Source: the human T2T-CHM13v2.0 reference genome, Homo sapiens. From it: a stretch of 64,000 nucleotides of DNA. The notes under the pieces were generated by a model. The model was not told the DNA's origin. It made no database searches and saw only the letters and a program-made list of their open reading frames with translations. Location of the stretch: the NCBI RefSeq assembly GCF_009914755.1, contig NC_060937.1. One strand, 5' to 3'. Made by a program: the position numbers and the translations under genes. Positions 29,599 through 44,529 of the stretch are shown here, one piece after another (position 1 is the stretch's first letter; each line of letters opens with the position of its first letter).

Positions 29599-30559
29599 TA
29601 TACAGACTCGTGCATATGTATGTATGTATGTATATATAACTATACTATACTATAGAACATAAGCAAATAAAATTTTCTATAATCTGTTTGATGTATTTGT
29701 ATGATGTAGTTTTTAATTATAAAAAAGTAGTACAGAAGTAACTGCTAGTAGAATCTGTAAAATAAGTCAAACTTACATTCATCTGCTGTAAATTATTTTT
29801 GTTACAACCATAGTAAAGCTAACAAATAATTAGAAACATAAAATAAATTGATAATGTTGCTTTTATTGACTTAATGTGGGTATAATAAAATTTGAAATCC
29901 ATGTATAATACTCAAACCCAAATTTATATCATTATATAACAGAATACCTAAGAGGATTGAGAGTATTTCAAGTAATACTTGTTTTGGTAATGTGTTTTCT
30001 TTTTATGTTTGGAAAACTTGAGAATAATAAAGAAAAAAGTCAGAAAATCCAATTTTTTGAATAACGATACCTGGAGTATCAACCACAATAAAATTATGAA
30101 CAAAACCTCTTAACACATATACATATATAACATTAATAATAAATATGTGGCTATAACTTAACTTATGCATTTTTAGAGATTTAGGGATAATGAGTGTATA
30201 TTTAATTGATGAATTAAGTAATATTAACAATTAACAATAGTAATGTGTAATAAAATATAATACTAATTTATTTGTATGTTGATTTTGACAATTATTAATC
30301 TAACAGATTAAATATAATATTTAATTAATAAATCCCTACAAAGTGACTTCAAATTAATTTATAAAATTGTTGCAATAATTATAGTATCACATATTAACTA
30401 AAATTGATTTTCAAAACTTGCATAAAGTGGAAGTAGCCAGTTGATTTTTTAAATTCTAATTAAAAGAAAAAATTCTAGTGATATATATATTTATACAATT
30501 GAAAATATTTCTTCTCATTTTTCCTATGCTGTTTATTTCTTTTCTTAGTTTCTTATGAT

Positions 30560-32215
30560 AGACTGGTGCTGGGTTCAGTCCTTGGTTTCCTTCTATACCT
30601 TCACTCTTTTCCTTGGTAGATCATGTGGGTTTTATGGAATTATAGGAATTTTATGGAATTTTATGGAATCACTTATAGGCACAAAAATGTCATATTTAAA
30701 TGTCTAGTCCAATTATCTTTCATTTACTCCATTTTTTAAATTTAGCTTCATATTCCACATCTCTGTTTTGATGATATAAACTAGACATTTCAAACCTAAA
30801 ATGTCAAATAAAGCAAATAAAGTTTCTGAACTTTTGACCATTTTCTATTTACAATCTCAGTTGAAAAAAGTCATATTCCTATAATTTTTACTCTTCCTCT
30901 CACAGCCCATGTGTTAGCTTCCTTTTGCTACCATACCAACTTACAGCTTAAAACAGCACAAGTCTATGACTTAACACTTCTGGAGGTCAAAAGTTCAAAA
31001 GTGAGCCTTATTGGGCAAAATTAACAAATCAGCCGACTGCATTCCATCTGGAGGCAGTTGGGAAAGGCTGTTTTCTTTGCCTTTCCCAGCTTCTAGAGGC
31101 TGCCTACATTCCTTAGCTTGTGGCCCCTTCCACCATCACCATCTTTCAACCCATCATTGTAATATCTTCAAATCTCTTGTTCTTTTGCTTCATCATATCT
31201 CCCTCTCTCACGTTGACCTTTCTACCTCCTTATTATAAGACTTGCTGTGATACATTGTTTTTACCCAAATCATCCAGAAGTAAGTCCCCGTCTCAAAATA
31301 ATTTGGTCACATCTACCAGTCTCTTTTATCTTGTAAGGTAACAGTCACAGGTTCTGAGGATTAGGAAGTGGACAACTTCGGATGGAGGGACATGATTTCA
31401 CTTACCACAGCCTGTACTCCATATCTCAGTAAATTCTGTTGGTTCTACCTTAAAAATATGTCCAGATTCCAGAATTAATTTCTCACTGTTTTTTTTACTG
31501 CTATTTTTCTAGTGTGAACCACTGTGATTTCTCACCTGGATTCTGGATTATTGCAATAGCTTCATAATTAATCTCCTTTGCTCAATTCCACTGCAGTCTA
31601 TTCTGAACAAAACAGCAAAATCAATTATTTTACAATATATATCAGATTACATTGTTTCTGCGCCCAGCAGTTGAAATGGCTTTTAGCAAAAGCTGTATCC
31701 TTAAAAAGGCTTACAGACCTGACACAATCTAGCTCTCTTCTGATGCTACCCCACTGTATACTTCACTGTTCTTGTTTCACATTAGCATTAACTTTCTTAC
31801 CATGCTCAGCGAGGTTAGGTATGCTCACATTTTAATGCCCTTGCTTGGTTACACACTCTGCCTGGCATTCTTTTCCCCAGATATTTCAATGCTAACTCTT
31901 GTCACGTTATTCCATGTTTTTGCTCCTAAATTCCCTACTGATTGATAGCTGACTTCATTATCCTTTTAAAATTGCAATTTACCACTCCTATTCTTGCTCT
32001 TCCTATCTTGTTTGATATTTAACTTTTTTATAGCTCTTTTTATGATCGAATATGTCACATATTTTATCAATTTGTTATATTCATTTGCTTTCAATTAATT
32101 TTTTGTCTTCCCTAAAGAATATATGATCTACAAATCTAGAGATGTCTGTGTAATGTAATTAAAATAGTGTATGACATTTGGTTGTTTAATAGTAAATAAT
32201 TGTTCAATAAGCAAT
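30560..32215 (+). mobile_element. L2 3' portion, interrupted by MLT1D
   Basis: agacatttcaaacctaaaatgtcaaa, ctgttggttctaccttaaaaatatgtccag, ctcacctggattctggattattgcaatagc, tail aataattgttcaataag. Confidence 0.75.
30910..31409 (-). mobile_element. MaLR solo LTR (MLT1D-like)
   Basis: tgtgttagcttcc...ttctggaggtcaaaagttc...ggttctgaggattaggaagtggac...cttaccaca; TSD gccca / gcctg. Confidence 0.85.
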
Positions 32216-32814
32216 TAAAAAGATGATTAACAGTAGATTAACATACAAAATGTCAAACATATATATTCTTATATATAGTACAATATATAATATTAAATGT
32301 GTATGAATATATACTTAACAAATAATTATAAATGATAAATTATACAAAATGCCAAAAGTAATTGTAACAGGTCTTTTGTGTGGAGTGTAAGTAAGTAACT
32401 CAAAGCTTGTCTTCTCTAATTGCATTAATTGGCTCATCCTGTGCTCCCTAAAGAAAGGAGAAACACAAAATGTTTGTTCTGAATTGAGAGTTCATCGCTC
32501 TCAAAAATGTTTCTTTTCAATCAACTATTTTATGTCTTACATCTCCCACACTCCGACAATAATAATAAATAAAATGAGTAAGATTAAAACTTGCTCATTT
32601 TTACCAGTCTGTCAAAACCAACAAAGAAAAAATGGAATCTGCATTTCATTTGGATAAATCTATTGCATGGATTGCACACATACTAAAAATTTATATGCCC
32701 ACCTTTTGATGTAATTTACACCCATCCAGCCTACTACAGTGAAAAAGCACTGTATCTTTGCTTTTGAGAAGTACTATATATTTTGTAGGTTTCAGATTTT
32801 GTTACAAAGTCTAT

Positions 32815-32980
32815 ACTTATGCTTTCAAAGTTGTATTATGCTTCTGAATCACTAGAGGACCTTGTTAAAATGCATATTTGGCTGTAGTAGGTCTGATATG
32901 GGGCTTAAATTCTGAATTTCTAAATGCTCCCAAGGTATGCTTATACTGGTGGTCCATGGGCCACAGTTTGAGTATCAAGG
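32815..32980. mobile_element. MER5A/MER5A1 hAT-Charlie fossil
   Basis: gaatcactagaggaccttgttaaaatgca...gtaggtctg...ggtccatgggccacagtttgagtatcaagg. Confidence 0.75.
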
Positions 32981-34212
32981 TTATATAGTTAATGCCAATT
33001 AAGCAAAAAAAAGGAGATATCAAATTGATTTCTAGTTTAGTGTTTTTATTTACATATGCTAATACTGGATTATATATATTACATGTTTACTTATGTCAGC
33101 TCTGGAATTCTGAGGATTCACCGTAACCTACATGAGATAAAAAGGCAATTAAATGTTTTAGTAAACTACATAGAAATGTATTAATACAAAAATATGTTTC
33201 TTATCCTAATATGACTGTGAATTTATTCAGGAACATTCCAGAATTTATAAGAGAATGATGATGACCCATGTCATATTTGATTCTAAAAGTTTTTAAAGAT
33301 TAATTCACATTATTGGTTATTCAATTTTTAATCATATACTCACAGCAGGAGGCCATTTTTTGCTTTTCTATTTTCAGAAAGAAATGCATCAGGTTTTTTA
33401 TGGGGATTTTTTTGTAGTATGCTCAGAATTTTAAAGCAGATTCAACTAATAGACTGATATATAAACTATATTTCAAAGTTACAGGCTGGATATTAGGATA
33501 ATCAAACTATAGAAGGAAGGTTTCTCTAATGTAAAATTTGATGAAAGATTGTTTTGCCTATATTGATTTTCTGACATGCAATTTTTGTTAGTGTTTACAT
33601 TGTTTCTTCTAGTCTATTCTATTTAGAGGAAAGACATGAACTTACTGTGTGTAGATTAAGTGTTGCCAACTCTATTAAAATCAGTAATATTTTCTACCTT
33701 ATGACAAATGAACTCAAGGTATCATTTTAGTGATATTCTTTCATTATCTGAAAATTAGTAACATACTTAATCAGAATTTAATAAAGGTAATTTTTCATTT
33801 GTGTTTTGAAACTTTCAAAGTTCCTTTTTCTATGCTAAAATAACTATGTTTTCCAAACTCAAGAAATGGCTTTATTGATTATAATGTGTGTGCAGGTGTT
33901 GAAAGACTTTGCCTCAAGCCATGTTAATATTTCTATTAAACAGTTAATTTATAATTTATATTGATTTTTCCAGTTTCTAATTTATAATTAAAAATTGTAA
34001 GTGTATAAAAATACAGTGATCTGGATATGAGTGAAAGATAAAAATTATTATTCTTAATATGTATTTTTTCAAAGCTTTCATTTATGTTCATATTTCTTAA
34101 ATGTTTTCAAAGTTATCAACAACTTGACTGTCTATGTTCTTATATTTGATTATTTGCAGCTTTATTACTAGCATTTAGCTAAAAATCCATACTTCATATC
34201 TTGATACACAAA

Positions 34213-34260
34213 AATATAATCGATATTAGATTTTTTAATATAATCGATATTAGATTTTTT
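34213..34260. repeat. Perfect 24-bp tandem duplication
   Basis: aatataatcgatattagatttttt x2. Confidence 0.92.
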
Positions 34261-35355
34261 AAATCCCGTTTTTCTTCAATTACTTATACAGCAGTTTGGA
34301 AATGCTGTTGCTTATCCCTAGAGTTTCTGCTTAAAACTGTTTTACTTTCCAAATTCAGGTAACTGCAGGTGTTTCTCATGCAGGTGTTTGCCTATGGATA
34401 ATTACTGCCAATCAATGTAAGGCACAGCAGTTCTTCTAGCAACAAAAAGTAACCCAAAGGGTTTTTTTCAGGAAAATGAAATGATAGGATATCCACACTA
34501 AAAATGCAAATTAAATACCAAGCTTTCAAATTGGAAACAAGGGATGCCAGGAGATTCCCTTGTGTGTACAAATCAAATATACTGGTTTGGGAAAAGTTGA
34601 GCAAAAAGTAATAACTGCTGAAGTAATAGTATGGGGATCTATGAGAAGAATGCTTTTTGATAAAGATGAGGAGAAAATAAAATACCATGGGACTATTTTA
34701 AACAATGCACCATTTGGTCACACGTGCCTACTTACTGTGAAAAAGCTGAAATGCTGGCCTACCTTTCTTTCTATATTTTTAAATAAAAAATGGTAGCATT
34801 CCTTTTATTTTTTAAATACAAAAGCTCACATCAGGGTAATGTATGCATTTTAGTCATGGCGCTACCTCAATATTCACTGAAACTTTGTTTAATGGGGTAG
34901 AAATTGTGTTACTAGGATTGGGGAAGGGGAAGAAAAGATAGACTGCATAGAGACATAAAATATTTGGGAAAATACCTATACATTGTGGTGAGCATTTGGA
35001 ATTAATAGGTTAATTCTCTAATATTTAGGTGATCTTTATGAATAATTTTCCAGGAAGTAACTTCCAAGACGATGCCCTCTACCACATCACATTTCCAGAT
35101 TACAGTGATCATCTACCTGTTGCAGAGACACGAAATTATATCTGGTAGAACACAAACGGAAAAGCCTTTGCAAGACATGTTAGTTAAATTCTCATTTGAA
35201 GAAAAAAGCTTATATTTCTCGGCATACATACTACTGAGCTGGTGTTAAGTGAACAAAATTGAGATCTCATGTCCTGGCAATAAACCAACTCTTGTTAGCT
35301 AAGGATGTGCTGCTTAGTCTTTGCATTTCAATGTCTGTTAAAAAGTGACCATGTG

Positions 35356-35815
<460 letters not shown>

Positions 35816-37485
35816 AAGAATGAGAGAAAAGACTTAATATTTAATAGTGATTATTAGATGTAAAATTATTTTACCTCATTTAATATATATTAAATCACTT
35901 GCAAACATAGTAAACATATATTTAAATGGTTTATTTAATGTTCGACTTCATCAAACCTAAATATTTTTATTATTTTTGAGTTTAGATGTAAATAAGTATT
36001 TTGGCAATCATTGAGACCATGAAGTGCAATGCAGCAGGCAATGGGTAAATTAGTTCAAATCTACTTATGGATTTATTTCCAAACCTTTGATCTGCTCTCC
36101 TGCGGAAATTTTTTTCTATTCAAAAGACTCTAGATTGAATCCATGAATAAGAATTCTTATCTTTTAAAACTTCACATAATTTTATTTAGAAAAGTTATAT
36201 ATGTATATATGTGTATATATATATGTGTGTATGTATGTATGTAAATGCTGAATATTTACAGATTGTTGGGTCCAATTTGTTAGCAGTCCATCTAAAACTA
36301 TCATTCTATTCTTTGGGATTAGAATTTGAAAATCATTTCTTCAGCAGTGATTTACACTTGTTATTTACTTCCCTTCGGATGCCAGAGTGAAAAATAAAAC
36401 ACACAGACAAAAATACAGGCACACCTATTTTGGGCACCAAGCTATGTGAGAGTAGATTAATGGTTAGAAATTTACAAGAAAAAAGGAAAACCCAAAAACC
36501 AAAAGACAGCAACAAACAATACTCCTGTTCAGTGCAAAGGCCAAAACAGGTGTTTGTCCACATTTTGTAATTGAAAATAGCATTCTATTGTCTAGTGTTG
36601 CCAGTGATCCATATTTATAGTTACTTTTTTTAGGTGTCTAGTCTAATTTGAATGTTGAAAATATATATTCTTTTAATTTCAATATAAGTTAAATTTACAG
36701 AAAAGTTGCAAAAGTAGCACAGAGTTTCTATATACCCTTCTTCAGTTTTACTTATTGCTCATTGTTAAAAACTTACATTATTATATGCCTTTGTTAAAAT
36801 AATTAAACTGATATCCTACATTACTGTTAAATAAAATTCAGACATTATGTGGATTTCATTAGTTTTTCCATCGAGGTCTTCTTTCTATTCCAGCATTCTA
36901 TCCAGGCAACCATACTATATTTTGCTACCATTTTTTTTTTTTCTAGTCTTAACTGGTCTATAACGGTTTCTCATTCTTTTCTTTTTTTTTTATCATAACC
37001 TTGGTAGGCTGGTAGTCATGGAAAGTACTGGTCAGGTATTCTGTGGAATGATTGCTCATCTCGTGACTAGATTGCACTTATACAAAATAAGTGAAGTGAT
37101 CTTCTTGTCACATCATATCAGGAGACACATGATGTTATTGGTGACATTAACTGTTATCATTCAGTGACGGTAGTGTTTTCCACTTTTGTCTTCTGTAAAT
37201 TTACTTTGTTTTCTTTCCCTATTCTATTTTTGGAAAGAAAATCACTAAAACTAACTCATTGTCAAGGGCATGGGGGACAAGATTTAAGCTCCATCTCCCC
37301 ATGTCATTTGGAATTCTTCTGGAAAAAAGGTTTGTTTCATGTTCTTTACTTAATTGACTTATTCAATTATTTATTTATAGTGTTATTGACTCATATGTAT
37401 GTGTTTTATACCTTTCATTACAATTCAATACTATTTTGTTGATCAAACTGTTCTAGCTTTGGCTTGGTTTCTATGTCCTTTTGGT

Positions 37486-37567
37486 ATGCCTGTCTGCCTG
37501 CTTGCCTGCCTGCCTGCCTGCCTGCCTGCCTTCCTTCGTTCCTTCCTTCCTTCCTTTCCTCCTTCCT
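37486..37567. repeat. (GCCT)n(TCCT)n compound tetranucleotide repeat
   Basis: gcctgcctgcctgcc...ttccttccttcc. Confidence 0.9.
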
Positions 37568-37844
37568 CTGTATTACTTCCTGGTGCTTCAAGATATTCCA
37601 GGCCCACTTGTCTGTTTCCTTAACCTAGTCATTGAATCAGGCATTGGTCCAAAAACTCTTATTAAAGAATAGTCTTTTATTAAACAATAGTGTTTAGAAA
37701 CCAAGATCTGCATGATAGGTATGTTCGTTGCTCCTAGGGTTTTATTATTTTGGGCACTCTCAGTGGAGAAAACTAGGAAATATGTGTGCATACTAACCCA
37801 CATGTACCAGTAGTTTCTGTTTTTATATTGTCATGTTTATATAT

Positions 37845-38317
37845 TGTAACGGTTAATTTTATGTGGCAACTTGAGTGGGCCACAGAGTGCAAGATTAAAC
37901 GCTCTTTTTGTCAGGGTATTTCCAGATGAAATTAGCATTTAAATCAGTGGAACTCAGTAAAGCAGATTGCCCTCTTCAATGGTTGAGCATCATCCAATCC
38001 ATTGAGGGCCTGACCAGAACAAATGGCAAAGCAAGGTGAAATTTGTACTTTTTTTTCTTTTTCCTGCCTTACTGCAGGGATACCTCATCTCATTTTCTTG
38101 TGCATTCAGACTGTGATTTACATCATTGATTTTCCTGGTTGAGGTCTTTGGACTAGGACTGAATTACACCAGTGGCTTTTCTGAATCTCCAGCTTGCAGA
38201 TTGCAGATCATGAGAATTCTCAGCCTCCATAATTGCGTGAGCCAATTCTCATGATCAGTCTCTTCTTATGTGGATATCCTATTGGTTTTGTTCCTCTTGA
38301 GAAACCTGACTAATACA
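37845..38317 (+). mobile_element. ERVL solo LTR (MLT2C/D-like)
   Basis: tgtaacggttaattttatgtggcaacttgagtgggcc...gagaaacctgactaataca; perfect TSD tatat. Confidence 0.88.
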
Positions 38318-39698
38318 TATATATTATGTTAGACATGTTATTTGATTGTGTCTAACTCTAATTCAGTACTAGGTGATTCATTCTAGCCTTCCTTTATTAT
38401 AACAGCCTTCTCTGACAATAAGAAACCTGAATCTTATCCTCTGACTTTTAAGTTGTTAATTTGCTTTTACACACACATATATGTAAAGCAGGTTCAGAAT
38501 AGTTAACCTGCACTACTGTGAGGAAAAAATATTACCAACTGGAGTACAGTGTCAACATACAATTTTTTTGGTCTGTAAATATTGGACAAAATATAAGTGA
38601 AAATTATGTTTTGTTTATCCTGCTCTACACTTGAAGCAAGTGTGCTTACTTTTAATGTGAGGCTTTAGTTTATTCTTTGGTGCTGCAAATTTTTTATTGC
38701 TAACTCATCTAATATTGCTTCCCTAGTATGCTCACATTTTCCTTTCACTCAAACTCTCATTAGATGTAGGCAATAAACTCACAATATATTCTCCATTAGT
38801 CTTTGATTTCATTTTTAATACTATTTATCTGTGTAGGAGGTTCTTGGATAATTATTCAACATATGTTTAATCTCACTCATTTTATTTTTTTCTGCAGGTT
38901 TATCCAATATCGAAAACTTTTCATGTTCAAAATTTATGATGGATATTTTTCCATAAAGATATTTTATTTGAGTGAAATTGTTCAATGCCACTACTCTTTA
39001 TATTTGTTTCATTCCTATTATAATTTCTGTAACTTTGCTTTTCTTTACATTTTACAACTGATTTATAGTAATATTGTTTTGCTTTGTTTTTCATCTTATC
39101 ATACTCTGGCTTTCGGTAAATTTTCAGCTGCTAGCAACTTTTTACCAGAGCTCTTATAATATTATGGTTTTAATTTTGTTTTCATTTTAAAGAATCTATT
39201 GAAAAAAGAGAGATATCAGTAAACTATATTTATCTAATACATTTAACATTTTATACTTCTGAACATACGTATTCATAACAGATATCACAGACACAAATAC
39301 CTACAAAATCAGCCAACTTAACAAAATCAGTGAAAGATGCTTATTGTGGACTATGGCATCTAAAAACAGGTCTTTCCATATCATTTCCAGGGTCTAGGTC
39401 AAGATTACAAGTTGAATTCCACAAAACATATGTTTGTTTGATTATTTACAATTGTAAAATAAATTAAAAATGAAAATAATTTAAGGCTTTAAAATTTAAG
39501 AAATACATTGTATTTTTTCTACTTTGCAAATAAACCTTTATAAAAACTCAGAAAGTCTTAGATGTATTAAGCTTTTGGGGTTTCAGATTTTACCTGATCG
39601 TGTAATCGATGAGGCTAAGTATTGGAAACTAGCATTCAACCTGCTTCTTAAGCTCTTTTCTCTTTCAACAATGATTATTTTTTTACCTACACATTTAC

Positions 39699-39739
39699 GA
39701 ACCTTCTGGGTCCACTTATGAACCTTCTGGGTCCACTTA
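39699..39739. repeat. 21-bp-period tandem duplication
   Basis: gaaccttctgggtccactta t gaaccttctgggtccactta. Confidence 0.92.
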
Positions 39740-40299
39740 CCTTACACACTGGTCCATGTACACACTAGCTGACTCTATTCTTGGGTCAAGGGATGCTCAC
39801 ATTGGTGGTATAGTGCATTCTCAGGAACATGAAAAATAGGCTTGGGATAATTTGTGCATGGAAATATGAGGTTCTGACTTTTCTGTGAGGTCTACAAGAA
39901 AGAAGTATGGAATCTAGGAGAACACGCTTGTCTCCTAGACATCTAGGAGAACCCAGATGTCTCTGAAGTTTCTCACCTTGCTTGTAGAGATATGACTGTA
40001 TGAAAGAAAGCCAAGTCAGAGGAGAAGAGGTACCTTAAAAATAAGATCCATGAACAACAAACTATTTGAAAAGGAAATTAAGGCAACAATTCATTTAAAA
40101 GACTATTAAAAATATTTAAGAGTAAATTTAACCATGGAACTGAAAAATTTGTATATTAACAACTATAAAACACTGACGAAAGACATGGTAGAAGATACAA
40201 ATAAATGGAAAGCTATCCCATGCTCATTGATTAGAATAATTAATATTGTTAAAATGTCCATAATACCCAAAGTAATCTACAGATTCAATACAGTCAATA

Positions 40300-40713
40300 T
40301 GATATAGTTTGGATCTGTGTCCCCACTAAATCTCATGTTGAATTATAATCCCTAGTGTTGAAGATGGGGCCTGGTGGGAGGCTATTGTATAATGAGGACA
40401 GAGTTCTCATGAATGGCTTTGCACCTTCCCCTTCTTGCTGTTCTTGTGATGTGAGTGAGTGAGTTATTGTGAGATCTGGTTGTTTAAAAGTGTGTGGCAC
40501 TCTCCACACTCTCCCACCATGTGAGATGCCTCACTTCCGCTTTGCTTTCCACCATGATTGTAAGTTTCTTGAGGCCTCCCCAGAAGCTGAGCAGACACCA
40601 GCATTATGCTTCCTGTACAGCCTGCAGATCCATGAGCCAATTACATGTCTTTTCTTTATAAATTATCCAGTATCAGGTATTTCTTTATAGCAGTGCAAGA
40701 ATGGACTAATATA
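40300..40713 (+). mobile_element. MSTA/MSTB MaLR solo LTR
   Basis: tgatatagtttggatctgtgtcccc...caagaatggactaatata; TSD caata / ccata. Confidence 0.9.
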
Positions 40714-41133
40714 CCATATTCGAATTCTAATGTCATTCTTCACAGAAAATAGAAAAAAAATCTAAAATTTGTATGGATCCAAAAAAGACCTCAAAAAGCC
40801 AAAGCCATCTTGAGCAAAAAGAACAAAATGGAAACATCATGCTACCAGATTTCAAAATACCTTACAAAGCATTAGTATTCAAAACAGCACGGTCCTGGCA
40901 TACAGACAGATACATTGACCAACGGAGTACGATAAGAAGCCTAGAAATAAACCCTTCCATTTATGGTCAATTGATTTTTAACAAGGGTGCTAAGAACATC
41001 CAATGAGAAAAGGTGAGTCTGTTCAATAAATGGTCTTTTGAAAACTGGATATCCACATGTTGAAGAATGAAAATGTAAGGAAGACCCTTATATAAGAGAG
41101 AAAGTGTAGAGAAGACCCTTACATAAGAGTCAA

Positions 41134-41460
<327 letters not shown>

Positions 41461-42799
41461 TTAAGACCCGAAACTGTAAAACTACAAGAAGAAAACGTAG
41501 GGGGGAAAACTCCATAATGTTGGTTTGGGCTGTGATTTCTTGGATATGACCTCAAAAACAAAAGCAAAAATGCACAAATGGGATTTCAGCAAATAAACAG
41601 GTTTTTCAAAGCCAAGGAAACAATCAACAGAGGGAAGAGATCACTTAGATATTGGAAGAAAATATTTGCATATTATATATCAGATAAAAGGCTAATATAG
41701 AAAATACAAAAGAAAACTACTAGAAAACAAAAAAAGAGACAACCTTATTAAAAAAACAGGCAATGTCACATCAGACTTGTTAGACAGGTTACTATCAACC
41801 AGGTGGAAGACAACAAGTGTTGTCGAGAATGTGGAAAACAGGGAACCCTTGTACATTACAGATGGTGTCTTAAATTAATACACACATTTTGGAAAACATT
41901 ATGGAGGTTCCTTAGAAAAACAAAATAGAATTACCATATGATCCAGGAATCTCTTTTTTGGATATATATATGACGTAACTGAAATCAATAAGCCAAAGAG
42001 ATGCCTGCACTCCCACGTTCACTGCAGCATTATTCACAATAGCCAAGATACGGAAACAAGCAAAGTGCCCATCAGTCACTGAATGGATTTTTAAAATGTG
42101 GTATATAAACAGAATTCAGCCATTAAAAAGCAGAACATTCTGTTATTTATTTTGACATAGATGAACCTAAAGGGCATTATACTGAGAGAAATAACCAAAT
42201 ATAGACAGACAAATACTATACGGTCTCATTTATATGAGGAATCTAAAGCCAAACCTGTAGAAATAGAGAGCAGAATAGTGATTACCAGACACTGAGGGCA
42301 GGGGTAGATGGGGAAAGTGGAGACATTCATTAAATGGCACAAAGTTTCAAGTCGACCAGAGGTATACATTTTGGTGATTTATTGCACAACATGGTAACTA
42401 TAGAAACGATGTATTGTATATTTAAAAGTAGCTTAAAAAGGGTTTAAAATGTTTTAAACTCAAACAAATGATAAGTATTTAAGGTGCTAGATATGTTAAT
42501 TAGCCTGATTTGATTATTCCACAATGTACACATATAATCATATTGTACCACATAAATGTACACAACTATTGTTCTGTCAATTAAAATGAAATAAAATAAG
42601 AAAAAATTGATCTATTGTAAGGAACGTTTCTGCCTGGAAACAAGGACAGTGACCAATAATGATGCAATTCAATCCAGTTTTTGCATTTCATGAATACAGG
42701 CTGAATGCTGATGTTTGCACTTAGGTCAGTTTATTTATATATTAATTCTAATTGCATATATTTTAAATCAGTATAATAATATGTCTACTCTTGAACTTT

Positions 42800-43014
42800 T
42801 TTTATTATTATACTTTAAGTTCTTGGGTACATGTGCACAACGTGCAGGTTTGTTACATACGTATACATGCGCCATGTTGGTGTGCTGCACCCGTTAATGA
42901 GAACAACTGGACACAGGAAGGGGAACATCACACACCGGGGCCTGTCATGGGCTAGGGGGTGGGGGGAGGGATAGCATTAGGAGATATACCTAATGTAAAT
43001 GATGAGTTAATGGG
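42800..43014 (-). mobile_element. Very short L1PA (PA5-7-like) 3'UTR insertion with 5' inversion
   Basis: Antisense terminal ~100 bp, then sense tgagaacaactggacacaggaagggg...gagttaatggg; TSD tactcttgaacttt (42786-42799) / tacttttgaacttt (43015-43028). Confidence 0.92.
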
Positions 43015-43079
43015 TACTTTTGAACTTTATCATCTTCTTTGATAACCTGAAAAAGAAACAGAAGCAAAGTAAAAATGTG

Positions 43080-43512
<433 letters not shown>

Positions 43513-44529
43513 TTACTTTGTTGCTATAAATTAATGCTGGATACTGCTAATATTTCTAATAATATATGTTTTAGTGTTATTTAATATTTAGACATGACTA
43601 ATTATAATGAATAAATCAGAATATGATTTGTCATCTATTTTTTCCTGTCTTGACCTACTCACTGCAAAAATTGCTTTGCCAGTAGAAAAGACAATGATTC
43701 CAAAAACGTGTTTTATACCACACATAGAAAACACATTATTTGATAGTCTAAATGATATTCCTTTAATTATTAAAAAAAAATGACCCTAGGAGTTAAATGG
43801 TCCTTTAAATGTGTTCCCAAAGCATATTATGCATCCATAACATATTTGTATTACATAATATAACACTTTATATGTTTTTACATGGAATTTTCATTTTAGG
43901 ATAATTTATTCTGTTTAATAGACAACTGTATAAGAGAACAGAAAAGTAAAATGTTTTGTTTTTATAGACTATAAAACATTTAGGATACTTCTTAAATATG
44001 ATATCAATAAAGACTGCTAATATAAATTATTGTATATACTTCATTTGAACCCTAAGAATATTACTGATGACACTTTAATTGCCTTTCTAGGGCCATAGAA
44101 GTTTTTGGCATAAATCCAGGATAATTAAATGGTGAATTTAATATGGTGTTAAAATACAATAAGATATTTAGCATTTTCCTAATGTTCATTAAAAAAACAA
44201 GTTTTTATTGTCAAAGTTAGTTTAGTTATTGTTACTCATTCTGTTGTCTCCAGCAATAGCGTGGAGTTTGACTCAATACTCTAAAGCAATTATCATTTAG
44301 CTGAAATATTATGACTGGATTAAAAAAATAGTTAACCTACTGTATTTCTTGATTAATGAAAATGTTACTTCCAAATTTTTTTGCATGTAATTTTACTGCA
44401 TGTCCTTTAGACCTAAAATATATAAAATCTAAATAAGTACCTTTTTACTTGATTATATTTTATTACTTAATATTGAAATATATGTCAAAAGATATATACA
44501 ATGTCCAGAATAAAAATTAATACATATAA

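Larger units (their letters stand above)
36670..38580 (-). mobile_element. L1MC 3' region, interrupted by a microsatellite and MLT2
   Basis: aatttacagaaaagttgcaaaagtagcacagagtttctatataccc; gtactggtcaggtattctgtggaatg; tttagaaaccaagatctg. Confidence 0.75.

Noticed and set aside
33355-33395. Polypyrimidine-AG followed by GT as a micro-exon
   Set aside because: Such signals are frequent in AT-rich DNA, the donor is weak, and there is no supporting exon chain
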